Shown here one piece after another: positions 16,501-33,191 of a DNA stretch of 64,000 nucleotides. The stretch is from the NCBI RefSeq assembly GCF_009914755.1, contig NC_060930.1, one strand, 5' to 3'. The DNA is from the human T2T-CHM13v2.0 reference genome, Homo sapiens. Under the pieces are notes generated by a model, which worked only from the letters and a program-made list of their open reading frames with translations, was not told the DNA's origin and searched no databases. A program made the position numbers and the translations under genes. Each line of letters starts with the position of its first letter. Position 1 is the stretch's first letter.

Positions 16501-16823
16501 AATCTAGGCAATACCATTCAGGACATAGGCACAGGCAAAGATTTCATGACGAAAATGTCAAAAGCAATTGCATCAAAAGCAAAAAATTGAGAAATCGGAT
16601 CTAATTAAACCAAAGAGCTTCTGCACAGCAAAAGAAACTATTATCAGAGTGAACGGACAACCTATAGAATGGGAGAAAACTTTTGCAATCTATCCATCTG
16701 ACAAAAGTCTAATATCCAGAATCTACAAGAAACTTAAACAAATTTAAGAAAAAACAAACAATCCTATTTAAAAAAAAATGGGCAAAGGGCATGAATAGAC
16801 ATTTCTCAAAAGACGACATTTAT
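13597..16823 (+). pseudogene. L1 ORF2p (endonuclease/RT) remnant, disrupted, C-terminus missing
   Basis: CCIQETHL (EN), [22 protein letters not shown] (RT), [15 protein letters not shown]. Confidence 0.95.
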
Positions 16824-17129
<306 letters not shown>

Positions 17130-17223
17130 GTTTCTGCTCTTGATTTTTTAGGTCTTTTTCAGTAGGATGATTATACAGGGCTGATGGGTCACTGGCTGTA
17201 GATAGCATTTTCTTATAAGTTCT

Positions 17224-17520
17224 CAGGCCTGGCCAGCTACGTAATCTGTGGGGCCCAGTGCAAAATGAAAATATAGGGCCCCATGTTTATCAAGCAGGGG
17301 GAAAAAGTGCCTTCAAGACTAGTAAAATATAACACTTTCTCCTTTCTTCTGTAGTGTCTCTTCAACCTGTCATTGTGTTTTTTGCTATTTGAGGCAACAG
17401 GCCCTGGGAATGGAGTGGGGGAGGGGCTCCAAGATACTCAAGGTTGAGTAGGGACTTCCGCAGGCAAAAGAGAGGCTGCCCTGGAATTTGGCACATTCAA
17501 GGGTGTCACTTAACCCAATA
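17224..17520 (+). mobile_element. MER45-like (hAT-Tip100) DNA transposon
   Basis: GGCCAGCTACGTAATCTGTGGGGCCCAGTGCAAAATGAAAAT. Confidence 0.7.
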
Positions 17521-17558
17521 TACTTTCAGTTGCTTTTACGTTGTAAAACCTAGAACTC

Positions 17559-17869
<311 letters not shown>

Positions 17870-18257
17870 CTACCAAAGATACAAAACAATGAAAATAAGT
17901 CTGACCTTATTTTCAACAAAACATACTTTTTGAATTTGGTTGCCGGTAGAAATAGGAATGTGAAATAATCCTAAAACTTCTCAAGATTTTATACTACACA
18001 AGTTAGGTCTTTTTGCTTCCCCTTTAGAGATAAATTGCCTCTTTCAAACATGAATCCCTTTACTTCCAAGAGAATGAGGAATGGCTCTGAGAATCTCAGC
18101 AGTTTGGCTCTGAGACAATGAGCTGACTCTTTAAACAGTGGGAGGTGTCAAGAGAAGCCAACTTCAAGGAAATCCAACTTTTTCCTCCCAGCCTCCTCCT
18201 CCTGACATACTGATCCAAAAACACATAGGACCTGACCATTTGTAAGAAATGGTGTCA

Positions 18258-18827
<570 letters not shown>

Positions 18828-19342
18828 AAGAAATGGTGTCAGAAAATGGGACTTAGGAGAATGATTGGAAACTCCTTTTCTTACTTACTTATTGATTGAT
18901 AATCTTTCTTAAATCACAAAGGTTCTGAGGTGACATTAAAAGTAATATATACACAAAAGAGTACAATAAAAATGAACACCAAGAAAGATATAAATCAGAC
19001 TATATTGTTAGAATCAGAGGCAGAAAAAATAGGACTCCATAAGCCAAAAGGCCCAGAGAGATAACAAAGGTTGGTTTGCAAATTGTCTGAGTTCCCTGTG
19101 ACCCAAAGTAAAAATGGAAATATTGTCAATGTCATTGTTTCCCCACATTGTTCATCAGAAGAAAAGCCCTGGTTTCCCAAACAAAGCAAAATATTTTCAG
19201 TATTTATCCATCTGATGCTGAGGATTATGATGGATGACTCCCCCCTAATATTAGTTGGGGAGGGCTCTTAATTGGCTATTTCTTGTGGCTTCTTTCAATA
19301 ATAGGCAAAAGCACTACTACAAATAAAAAATAGAAATAAATA

Positions 19343-19652
19343 ACTGGAGGCGGTGGCTCACACCTGTAATCCTAATACTTTGGGAGGCTGAGGCAGGCTG
19401 ATTGCTTGAGCCCAGGAGTTCAAGACCAGTCTGGGCAACATGGTAAAACCCCATCTCTACCCCAAAAAAAATACAAAACTTAGCTGGGCATGGTGGCACC
19501 TGCCTATAGTCCCAGCTACTCAGGAGACTGAGGCAGGAGGATCACTTGGGAGGCAGAGGTTGCAGTGAGCTGAGACTGTGCCAATGCACTCCAACCTGGG
19601 CAACAGAGACAGACCCTGCCTCAAAAAAAAAAAAAAATAAAATAAAATAAAA
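19343..19652 (+). mobile_element. Alu (AluJ-like)
   Basis: Full length with a small deletion. Confidence 0.9.
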
Positions 19653-20731
19653 CAGAAACAATATATCTATATTTCTGTCAATTCAATTCATTCCTCTGAA
19701 TCAATTTCATATTTGGTGATGAGTATAGGTATGTGTATTTCCAAAGCTGGGAACTGGCTTGGGAAGGGAGTAGTAGATGGACCCAGAATTCTAGAACCCA
19801 GGACTTGCTGGTAAGCATGTACAAACTCTTTGAGGAGAAAAGGCCTACTGTTGACAGCTTATCTAACACTTTGTCAAACTGCAACAGAAAGAAAATTCAT
19901 AGCCATGGTCTGTGACTAAAGAAACCAGATCCCATTTTAAGGCCAAATCCTTATAACCTGTTCTTACTTATATGATTAGAAACCACCTTCGCCTTTCATC
20001 TTTTACAAAGCAAGTCATTCCTTTCTTTATATACAGACTAGAGATTGGATAACGTGAAAGATGACAGACATTGTCAAACTTGTCCTAGTCACTAGAGTGA
20101 CTGATGGCCTCCTGAGAATGTCCAGACCTTCTGGCTTAGTGTAAATGTCTCGGGCTATAAATAAAACGTCAGCCTGGCCAGCGTAAATCTACTAAGGCTA
20201 AGAAGTTATTAAAACAGAACCATGAGACGTTACTCAATGAGCCCAGTCTGACACGTGTGGCTATGACTTAAGTCCTCATTTGAGTGCTAAACTAATGCCC
20301 CTTACAGACAGAAATATCTGTAAAGACTCTGTCACTGGAATAAATTACAAAATTCCTTTACTGCGTTAATACTTTGAAGACCTTTGAAATCAAGTTATTC
20401 GGATGAGTGCATGAAGTCCCAAAAGGGGATGGTAAACAGTGAAGATGTAGCAGGCATGGGGGTCTTACATCAGGAGAAAGAGAAAATAAAGTTTTAACAG
20501 TCCAAATAGGAAAACTGACATGGGGTAACAATTAATTATAAATATAGACATAACAAATTTAAATTTCTAAAATTCTATGAGAATATGATCATAAAGGAAG
20601 CAATAGATTTTAGCCTTCAAATTAACTTTCTGGTATTTGTTTTAGGTATGAAAAATTCCAGATGGCCACTTGAATTTATAGTAAAGTTACTGTATAAACT
20701 CTGGCACTTAAGCAAAATATTTCATCAATTA

Positions 20732-21109
<378 letters not shown>

Positions 21110-21639
21110 TTAAAATCCCACTGAAGTGTCAAAATATGTTTTTATAGTCACTTCAGTGTTAATTATATATTTTTATTTTGGCTGTGACACTAATTATCTT
21201 AATTAAATTTTTATCACTAGTGCTTATTTCAATGCATTAAATATTATACTTAATGAATGGAAAGTAGTTTAATATCATCTGAAATTCTGTGGAGCCTTTG
21301 TAAAGCTAATTTTTCTGCAAGGATGGATCTTAAAAATGCCTCAACCTGATAGATTTGTAGCCAAAGTAATGTCAGTTTAACTTGAACACTCAGCGACCCA
21401 AGAAGAGGAATACTTCTTTATTCCAGTAGCAGCTTTATTAGCCAAAAGAATATTGCCCTGAGTGTAATAAAATTCTTACTGTCCAATCAGGTCTTCAGCA
21501 ATTCAGTTCATCCTCATTCCTCTTTCCAACTTTGCAGCAAAAAGAGTAACCATTAGATGTAGGTCTCCTCAGAGCCCAGCCTTTTCCATTCAGGGCTGGC
21601 ATTGCTGAAACATCAGCACCTGTTTCTGCAGCGAAGTAA

Positions 21640-21860
21640 ATAAGTGGATAGCACCTCCCTTCATAGCTCATTCTCCCATTTGTAATCACAGACTTGTGTG
21701 ATTATTTAATCAATGCCTGTCTCATCCAACAGGACATATGTGACAAAAGGGTGAACACAGGGTCCAGGGTAAACACAGGGTCCAGCTTGCACACCGCTGT
21801 GCCTTGTACTGTGTCAGGCCCTTACCCACATAATAAATATTTGTTGACTGAAGAAATGAA
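21640..21860 (+). mobile_element. L2 3' end
   Basis: Ends TAATAAATATTTGTTGACTGAAG; internal 18-bp tandem duplication (AACACAGGGTCCAG core). Confidence 0.7.
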
Positions 21861-24239
21861 AATTTAACTTGGGGAATACAATAACAAGCTTCATGATGCC
21901 TACCTCACCCTTAATCCAAATGGTGGAAACAGAGAGATTTGAACCTAATTCTCATTTATATTTTAAACTCTTTTAGTTATATTCTTTATCATACATTGGT
22001 TAGAATATTTTATTTAGAAAGGTGTGTTTTGATTTCATAAGCAATTAGTGCATTTACCACTAATTGGTAAACAATGAATATGAACAAACCTTTGTATGAT
22101 GCTAAGGAATGCAGAATGCTGTCATTCCTTAGTCCATAACACTAAGAAATGACAACAAGGCAGTTGTCTAGGATGCAAAGCCCAACCTATAGGAGCTACA
22201 GGACTTTATGGGACATTAGGCCTCTCAATGAAATCATATCCAACATATCCCAGTACATGGGACAATTGCATTTTTGTTTTGGGATTGTGCCCACCCTGGT
22301 CTATGGCATGGACTTTTCCCTCTGATCTTTTTTCTCTTCTTAAATCTTCTCTCTCCTCATTATCTATCTCCTTACAGCCAGAACTGTGGAGAGCTGCAGG
22401 ATCACGTGGGATATTCCTTTAGAAGACATCCATCGTATTTTCCTGCTTTCCTGTCTTCATCTCTACACAGGGAACCTTGACATTTTTCCCCTTTGGATTG
22501 TTTTTCAAGTATAAATAAATCAGAATCCCCTTGAACTGAAGACACCTCTTCAACATTTTAAGTAATGTATTTTTGAAAAAGATGCAGTGATCAAAGGCAT
22601 AAGAACATTTTTCTCAACACAGGAGGATAAACAATGCAGCTAGGTCGTCAGACAAGCAATGTTCATTTAACCCTTCCCAATGCAAAGGAGAAGGGCCGTC
22701 CACAGGGGTGACAGCAAGGCAGAGTCACTTCCTGCTAGGCTGGCCCACATTTTCCCACTCAGTACTCTCTGACCAAGCTTCAGGTCACCTCTGGCACCCA
22801 GTTCTTATGCTGAGCACACCATGTTCTGCCCACTCTGCCCTGCACCTGTCATATGAAGAATTCCAGGGTCTCCGATCACCTTCCCCTTTCCCTTCGTCCC
22901 CATCCTTTCTCTCTGTATGCAGACCTGGGTTATCCAGCATGCTCATTTATGGTGAAGATGAGTGAAATGAGCTAGAGGTGTTGGTCACTGAAAGTATTTG
23001 CATTGGAAACCAGATGTAATGCCTTAAGCACAGAGAGGCAAGCCTCTAAAGGAGACATCTCAACGAGTACAGGGTAGGGAATTGTACTGAGTCAGTGAAG
23101 GTGAGAGAATAACAATGAATATTGGGATGGGGGTGGCCACAGTCCTTGGAATACACAAATAAATATAAGAAAATCAGTTAACTTGGCAGTACATGTAAAA
23201 CTGGTGAGACAACAACCAAAAACAGAGATAGAAACAAGTATATGGGAAACATGAGTGAAGAAAGCTAAGGAAAGCTGTTTCCTTTATGCTTTTATATCAG
23301 GGAGTGAAGGGGCACATTGCCAAATGAAGCCACTTTGCTTATACGCAGTCAACAACTGAGTACCCGCCACCCAACCCTCAGCCACTGCTCACTTAAATCC
23401 AGGTCACTGAAACCTGAAAGTTGCTTCTCAACTTCTACCATTTCTTAACACGTACATCTTAGTGTAGGTGGTGTTTATTAATTGCAGCAACAGGGAAACT
23501 CCTCCATTTCCCATCCTCTGAGGGCATTTTGACTTATCTACATTTTTCCCTTTACCTTTCCTCACTGAATTTTCCCAGCAATCCACAGTGAAAGGTAGGG
23601 ATTACCTTACTAGCCTGAGAATTACTTGAATTTTCATCTCTCAGTGATAGTTAGCCATGAAGTTAATCATTACTATTAAAGAAGATCAGTATAACTTTAG
23701 AATTGACAATAGATCTGACTCTGAACTCTTCCAACCCAGCCAAGTTTTGCAGCCATGGGAACCAGGTGACAAGAATGGGCAGGCCCAGGTGAGGCCAAGC
23801 AGTATGGTAAAAATAAGCACCACTCTTATTCCAGCACAGGTCCCATTTGGTTTTAAGGCCAAATGGTGGTAGAGCAATGTTTTTCACTTCCCTCTGATCA
23901 CAACTCTCCTATTTTACCTCTTCCTAGTCCCACCCCTTTTATTCAGAAGAAAACAGCTGTGATGAACCATCACATATCATCTTATTTTCAATATTTCCAC
24001 TTGTCAAACATGTATGAGGAGTGCCAGGTCAGTATCCCTTGTGCCAAATATTTTCACCTCCCCTCTGCATGGTGTCTCCCCGACAATCCAACATGGTGTC
24101 TCCCCCAGCCCCTGCCCTGCTCCTCTCTTCTCCTCTCCCATCACTGTGACAGACTTATCCAGGTTCTTATCTCCAAACAACCAGCTCCTTCTTGGTTCCT
24201 AAGACAGGCACTCTCAGAGGAGCACATCAAATGGTCAGG

Positions 24240-24596
<357 letters not shown>

Positions 24597-24799
24597 TGAT
24601 GTAAACAGGAAGGAATTTTATACAGACAGGAGCTTATAGAGACACAGAAACCAGAAAGTTCTAGCTTTAGGTATTGATTTGGTCAGAAGAGAAATCCAGC
24701 TGTGTGAGCAAGTGACTACTAGAGTATTAATCATCTGCCTAGAGTTGTAACCTGTTAAAGAGAGAGCAAGGATAGGAGAGGGATCACCACCATAGGCCA

Positions 24800-25110
24800 C
24801 ATGTTTGTTAGGTTATTTCACATGCGTCCATTCAACTCCATTCTACAAATAGCAAGAGCCAACAATGCCAGGAATCGCAAACAAGACATACCTGTTTCCT
24901 GTCTTCACACAGTTTAATGAGCAAGAGACTTAATATAAGATAGCCCGAAAGGAACTATGACAGGAGAAAGTCAAGTTGGGGCCCTTAGGAGGAGAGATCC
25001 TCATCCAGATAGTTAGAAAGAGCTTCTGGAAGAAGTGACATCTCAGCTGGGGAAGACAGGCTAGGGAGGGGTTATCCAAGCAAAACCAGGGATTGAGAGG
25101 GAGGGGGAAG
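24800..25110 (-). mobile_element. L2 fragment
   Basis: GAAAGAGCTTCTGGAAGAAGTGACATCTCAGCTGGG. Confidence 0.55.
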
Positions 25111-25149
25111 TTGACTTTTGACCACAACCATGTGAAGTATGTGTGACCA

Positions 25150-25290
25150 GGTCTACTTTCCCAGTGAGGTAACCTAGACTCATAGGGGTTGAAAAAGTTA
25201 TCCAAGGCTACAAATCTAGCCTGTGGTAGATGCAGGCTCAGTCCTCAGGACAGCCGAAGCCCATGGCCGGGCTGACTCTTTGCACCACTA
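25150..25290 (-). mobile_element. MIR fragment
   Basis: AAGTTATCCAAGGCTACA...CTGACTCTTTGCACCACTAC. Confidence 0.5.
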
Positions 25291-25656
25291 CCTCAGCTCT
25301 CTGGCTGCACCTCCCCACTTCACCTGCTCTAGGCTCCCAGAGAAGCCTCTGTCAGGATGGAAATGTCTGGCCAGAAAGGAGGGCAGGATAATGCTGTCAT
25401 CAGAGCCATGGGGATTTTATTACTAAGCCACAAGGTCCCCAACAAGGGTGCCCTTAGAATTCACCAAAGAGTTTTTGTACAGTCTCTTTCTTCTCAGAAG
25501 TTCTAGAGTCTAAGCAGCACACAATAAGTAAACTTGTTTATGAAAAAGTACAAGCAAATGATCTCTAAAGGCAAAAGCTTTATTTAGAACAGATATGTCC
25601 TGAATAGCTTTAAAGCAAAGATGTCTATTGGAAATGCTCTAACATCTCCTTTCTCT

Positions 25657-25904
25657 CTCTTTTTTTTTTTTTTTTTTTGAGACAGTCTTACTCTGGAGTA
25701 CAGTGGTGCAATCGCAGCTCACTGCAAGCTCTGCCTCTCAGGTTCACACCATTCTCCTGCCTCAGCCTCCCGAGTAGCTGGGACTACAGGCCTCCGCCAC
25801 CACGCCAGGCTAACTTTTTGTATTTTTAGTAGAGACGGAGCTCATGCCTGTAATCCCAGCACTTCTGGGAAGCCGAGGCGGGTGGATCACGAGTTCAGGA
25901 GATC
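25657..25904 (-). mobile_element. AluY with inverted 5' segment (single insertion)
   Basis: Antisense Alu 3' part (25657-25838) joined to a sense Alu 5' piece (25840-25904); one 15-bp TSD ACATCTCCTTTCTCT at 25642-25656 and 25908-25922. Confidence 0.9.
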
Positions 25905-26391
25905 AATACATCTCCTTTCTCTTAAAGTGAGGCACGGCACCCCTGGATGACTGTGAGTTGGTTTTTCATATCACAGCAAATCTCAGATCAGAGACAGTCA
26001 GAGACAATTGGAGAAGAAAGACCTTGATAAACAGTTGCCTTTCTTTGTGGCCCCTTTCACAGGCTTGAGATACTCGGAGGAAAATTTAAGTGACTGACAT
26101 AAATGTCCATCACTGGGTATATTTATTTAAAACCTGAATGGCAAAATGCAAACATTGTAGATATTAATGAAGGAATAAAACAAACAGTTGACTTTTTTCT
26201 TTACTCAATGATATGAAGCTTATTCAGGGGCCTGCTTGCCAGATTTGAGGCCAATCTCTTGTAGGTTCCATGTAGGTCCTTCCAGGCAATGAAAATGTCC
26301 TTTTTGCAGGAATAAAGGTGAGATGCAGATGTATAGAGGTTCTCTCTTGGAGGCCTGTGTACTGTACAGGTAACAAAAAGTAACACAGCTG

Positions 26392-27157
<766 letters not shown>

Positions 27158-27944
27158 TCAGAAAGCCAAGAAGAAGTCTCATTTTGGTGAGGCATTTTTC
27201 TCAGCTTTCCTCCCCTTATTTCCACAGCAAAGCTCAAAAAGCCTTCTGCTGGGGGAGGTGTTGGGGGGAAGCATTTCTGGCTATGATCCTTTTGGCCTTT
27301 AGCAGGTTGAGAAGCCAAACCTGGCTCCAAACAAACCCCAACTGCCCGCTCTCTCTTTTTCTAATGCCAGAGACATTCCCCTGCCCAATGTTCCAACTCC
27401 CCTGAATGTGAAAAAAAAAAAATCATTATTTAGTTCTGTCATTCCACCTAGATTTTCCATATCTCTGTTCTCAAAGGTATCTGATCTGAATCCATCTCCA
27501 GATATCAGTTGTCTTTCTCTTGTATCCCTACCCCTGCCCCGACCCCCACTACCGATAACCAGGGTAAAGTCTGAGGCGCATTTGGAGATAAGTCAATGAG
27601 CTAAGAACCAGGCCTGTTATTTATTAAATTTACAGGGCTTGCGTTTATATGATCACATTCTGGAGCTGGCATCTGGCCTAAAAAGCTTCCCATTTCTGCC
27701 TCTGCCCTCTCCCTCCTCCAGCCCTTTACACGCTCACACACCAGAGCCCTTGACCGAAAAACAGAACACTGGGTATCATTTTAGTTCTCATATTTTAACT
27801 TGCTCTCATTTTCAACAAGGCAGATATAGTGACTGGAAATAAGTTAAGATGCAAAGTTAGGAGCAGAATTCGCACATAATAACCACCTACTTTGCTCTCG
27901 TTGCTTCTCCTTGCCTAGAGTGGTAGACAGAAGCACCCATTCTG

Positions 27945-28100
27945 AATCCATGTTGTACAAGTTCATACCCCAAATTTGCACTTACTGTTAGCATTGAGAT
28001 CTTGACCTTTTTCCCTGGTCTCTGCACCTCTACTTCCTCATCTGTAAAATAGGAAAGCAATAGTACCAGTCTCAGAGGGTTGTTACAAGGATTAAAAGAC
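27945..28100 (+). mobile_element. MIR
   Basis: CTTCCTCATCTGTAAAATAGG...GGTTGTTACAAGGATTAAA. Confidence 0.75.
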
Positions 28101-28104
28101 TTCA

Positions 28105-28533
<429 letters not shown>

Positions 28534-30203
28534 TTATGCTCTAGAAAAGCTATGCATGGCTGAAAGACATTTACAAAGTAAATATAAAGTCAAATGGATC
28601 CTCCCATTGTGAACACGAAGAGATTAGAAATCAGGCAGATTCTCCTGGGAATTTCTTTGTGAAAAGATGAATCGTCCAGCCAGGGCATGAGCCCTGGTAA
28701 CCTATAAATAAATCTCTTTCTTCAAATCACATTGATGGAAGTCAGCCTTTTATGCTGTGGTTTTTCATAGAAATAATTGATGTTATTATATCTCTAGGAA
28801 TCCTTCATCCTAAGAAGCAGCAGCTTCATCTGTAATGTACTCCCACATTTACATTCTATCCCTGTCTAAATGGTACCAAATGTCCACTAACAGGACAACG
28901 ATCAGTGTAAATGCCATCTGCACGTACATGAAAAGTACTGTGCGTGCTAGACAGTGAGTACCCAGTTATTGGTTGAATGAATTAGTTCAACAGTGAAGCA
29001 ATTAACTGTTGCAGCAGAAAACATATTTTGCTTGGGAATAATAAGAGATGATTTTCCAGACAACACTTAATCTAAGAGTTATTATGTCCACACATAAAGC
29101 CAAGAAGTTAGAGAAAGTCTCTCTCTCTCACCAGCCACAGTGCAATTTCACAGACATTCACAGGCATTTTACAGCAGACATCTGAGCAAAAGGCACCCAA
29201 GGTACCAATATACCTTGCAGAAGAGTTGCATTTGCAGCATTCCCAGTATTTGCTCACTCCAAGTAGTAGGACAACCATGGTCTTGTTTAATCAGTAATTC
29301 CATTTTTTCTGAAATCAAGAAAATTGAGCCCTGATGTTGCTAACTAAGCAAGTGAGTATCTAAAAGCAACATTCTGGGACCTGTTTCTAGACATTATTTT
29401 CTTTCTTCTCCAACCTATGCTATCAATCTGTGGGTAAGTGCAAGGGTCTCAGTTTCCCCATTTTCCATGTCTGAGCCTGACCTTAAAAGCTCTCTGCTTC
29501 TGCTATTCTGGCCTCTAGCCAGGTCAACAGTTCAGCTCACACTAATTTTGTTTCTCTATGATGGGCTCAGGCTCCCTCATGCTCTCTTCTTTTTTTCTTC
29601 TCTGAGAAGCATTGACTTTGGCTGCATCTCATCTAAAGACAGAGGTCAGGCCACCTGGTCAATCAAGGAGCCCCACCCTTGACCCCAGTGGATCAAGCTC
29701 TTCAGTGATCAACCTTCTCTCCTTTGTTGGTAATACTCCAAACATTCTGGTTGAAATGCACAGATACCATACGACGATCTCAACATTTGTGTCATATAGA
29801 GTGTTACCTTCTGGCTTGACAATTCCAATCTTCGATGATGTCAGTAACTAATCCACACCTTCTCCAGATTCTAAATCCTGATAACCCGCTAGACTCTACC
29901 ATAATAACTCTTAGATTAAGTGTTGGCTAGAAACACATCAAGATGTGCTACTTATCTTGGCCCCATGGGTTTAGAGAGGAAAATATTGTTTCACTTCAGA
30001 GTCTTCTTACAAAGATCGTCTACCTGAAAACAACAGGTTCCCTTCTCTTTGGTTTTACTTATTTACTTATGCATTTCCTTTATAAAACTTATCCCTTAGT
30101 TGTTTTCTGCCAGTGGGAATGAAAGGCCATCACAGACTGTCTATAGATGGAGAAAAACCTGACTACACATTTAATATTCATCAACATAGTGCTGCCATAC
30201 CAC

Positions 30204-30509
30204 CTTTTTTTTTTTTTTTTTTTTTTTTGAGACAGAGTCTCACTCTGTCACCCAGGCTGGAGTGCAATGGCGTGATCTTGGCTCACTGCAAGCTCTGCTT
30301 CCCAGGTTCACACCATTCTCCTGCCTCAGGCTCCTGAGTAGCTGGGACTACAGGTGCCTGCCACCACGCCTGGCTAATTTTTCATATTTTTAATAGAGAC
30401 AGGGTTTTACCGTGTTAGCCAGGATGGTCTCAATCTCCTAACCTCATGATCCGCCCGCCTCAGCCTCCCAAAGGGTTGGGATTACAGGTGTGGGCCACTG
30501 CACCCGGCC
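30204..30509 (-). mobile_element. Alu (AluY-like)
   Basis: CACTGCAAGCTC and CCGTGTTAGCCAGGATGG. Confidence 0.95.
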
Positions 30510-31083
30510 ACGTCTCTTATTAATGATAACACATAAGATGGAGCAATAACTTCTGAAATACACACTAGAACCATTCAAAAAAAAATGGAAGTTTCTACAG
30601 TATTTGAGGTTGTCCTGCCAAGTTATAATTAATTCATGATCAATAATAAAATAGTCCATATAGTGATAGGCTTGCTGTTTGCTTATGCAAGAATGTGAAA
30701 TACCTCGAGAGGCAGGAAAATCTTCTGAAGAGAAGTTTTGGAATCAAAACAGGTGCTAACATCTGCCTTTAATGTGCATAGAAGGAAACTGAAATAAAAC
30801 AGATTCTCTTAGAATTTCAGATTGGGCATCCTAAAGTGTGCCTGAACTGATTTGGAAAGAGAATAATAGATTCAGGAATTAAAAAGTTGATGGCTCTGTC
30901 AAGACCCAACCAATTGCAAAATAAACTTTGCATTTCTCTTGTTTTCCACTATTTTCTTTCCAACTTTGAAAAGTCTTGGTACACCAGTGGCATTGTTGGA
31001 GGGTAAGTAACATGAACATTCTAAGGAGGAAAAGACCAAAGCCCAGCCATTCATTAATAGTGACTTGTTAAAAGCTAGATGCT

Positions 31084-31403
<320 letters not shown>

Positions 31404-31849
31404 TTACTTAAACCATTCCACGGGTATGCTATGGGGACCGCCGCTGGACCCTGCTCAAAGTTTAATGCTTAACCACATGATGGTCCAGTGCTTTCAGTTC
31501 TGACCTGCCCTGCAGCATGTACCCAAGCCTCTTATAAGTTAATGGGTCATTCATCACACTGGATTTTTCTTAGCTCACTCACCTCTTTAGAATTCAGGAT
31601 TTCCTGCCAACATTTTCACTTTTCCATAAAATTAATATAGCACTATTAGGACCGGGTGTACTCTGAAAATATCCAGCATTCAAAATTCCTCATTTAAACT
31701 TTTCAATCCAAGATTTTATCCTTTTGGATTAGTACATTGTGGGTAGTTCTATTAGTCAATTTTAACTGTTTCCCACTACGTGACTCAAAATAAATCAAAG
31801 TGTTAGATGAGTCAGGGAAAAAATGATCTTTTAATGAAGACTTGTTTAG

Positions 31850-31970
31850 TTCCAGTGACTTTTCATAAACTATCCAATTTAATTCTCTCAACAGCCCTGC
31901 GAGGTAGGCATTATTGTCTTCACTTTACAGATAATGAAAGTGAGTAACAGAGAAGTTACTTGCCCCAATT
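31850..31970 (-). mobile_element. MIR
   Basis: CAACAGCCCTGCGAGGTAGGCATTATT...TTTACAGATAATGAAAGTGAG. Confidence 0.75.
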
Positions 31971-32197
31971 GACATTTATTATATGAATATATAAGCATTA
32001 TACACCATATATCACATCAGGATTCAAATCCAGAAACACCCAAACTGAAACTTTCCCACTAAAATGGATATTGCCTTTCTAAAACCAATTGATGATGCCA
32101 TTATTGAAACCACTCATCAATATTTTTTCGTGTCGTGTGAGTAATCTAATTAAGTAGACATTACTGACAGTGCTCACTCTTAAGAAATTGTCCAAGA

Positions 32198-32372
32198 CCA
32201 GTAATTCCAAACCTGGCTAATCACCAGAATGATCGGAAAACACTTAAAAAGAGATTTCCTAGGCTCTATTTCAAACCTGCTCAATCAGAATCTCTGGGGT
32301 TGGGCCCAGGAGTCTTTATAAATACAGAGCTCCCAAGGCAATTTTCATAATCAACCACTTAGGTAACCATTG
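32198..32372. mobile_element. MER5B-like hAT element
   Basis: AATCAGAATCTCTGGGGTTGGGCCCAGG. Confidence 0.65.
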
Positions 32373-32725
32373 ACACTTCTGAAAATAGTGATGAAAAATC
32401 GACACTACCAATGCAGTATATTTTTTCAGTGTATTGTGACATCCTTTATTTCATTTCCACTTGATATACACCTGCTGCTGGGCAGAATGTGGGGTAGATA
32501 TTTTTTATCCTCCTTAGATGAAAGTAGAAACCAAGTTCAATGGGGAAAGGAAACTTGAAATGTCCTCTTTCACCTTCTTAAGTGAAAATGAACTACCTAG
32601 GGAAAAACAAACTGGGTTTAGATATACAGCACTGAGAATGTAAATGTCACTTGTTAAAATTTCCCTCCGTCACTTGTTAGATTTCCCTCCCTCCTCTTCT
32701 TTCTCTGGGAGAACTGGATGGACAC

Positions 32726-33191
32726 TGTTAGGGACTGAATTGTATCCCCACAAAATTCATGTGTTGACATCCTTGCCTCCAGTATCTCAAAATGTGACCT
32801 TATTTGGAAGTAGGGTTGTTGCAGATGTACTTAGTTACCATGAGATCATACTGGAATAGGGTGGGCCCCTAACTAAATATGACTGGTGTTCTTATAAAAA
32901 GAGGCGATTCAGACACAGATACACACAGGGAGAACACCATGTGAAGATGAAGACAGAGATGGGGTGGATCTCTGTCTACAAGTCAATTAATGCCAAGATT
33001 ACTAGCAAACCACCAGAAACTAGGGGAGAGACATGGAAAAGATCCTTCCTCACAGCCCTCAGAAGGAACCAAACCTGCCGACACCATGAGCTCAGACTTC
33101 TAACCTCCAGAAATGAGAGATAATATATTTCCATTCTTTAAACAACCCAGCTCATGGTACTTTGTTACACCAACCCCAGAAAATTGATACA
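32726..33191 (+). mobile_element. MLT1B/C LTR
   Basis: TGTTAGGGACTGAATTGTATCCCC...GGTACTTTGTTAC...AATTGATACA. Confidence 0.85.

Larger units (their letters stand above)
11330..16823 (+). mobile_element. LINE-1 (older L1PA, roughly PA8-PA12), 5'-intact and 3'-truncated
   Basis: 5' start CAAGATGGCTGATTAGAAGCAGC; ORF1 and ORF2 peptides in the ORF track; ends abruptly at an Alu. Confidence 0.97.

Noticed and set aside
23686-23877. ORF containing TILLGLTW, like adhesion-GPCR TM6
   Set aside because: Single short motif with no acceptor and no partner exons.
24068-24105. 14-bp direct repeat CATGGTGTCTCCCC twice
   Set aside because: Only two copies; ordinary local duplication, not an array.
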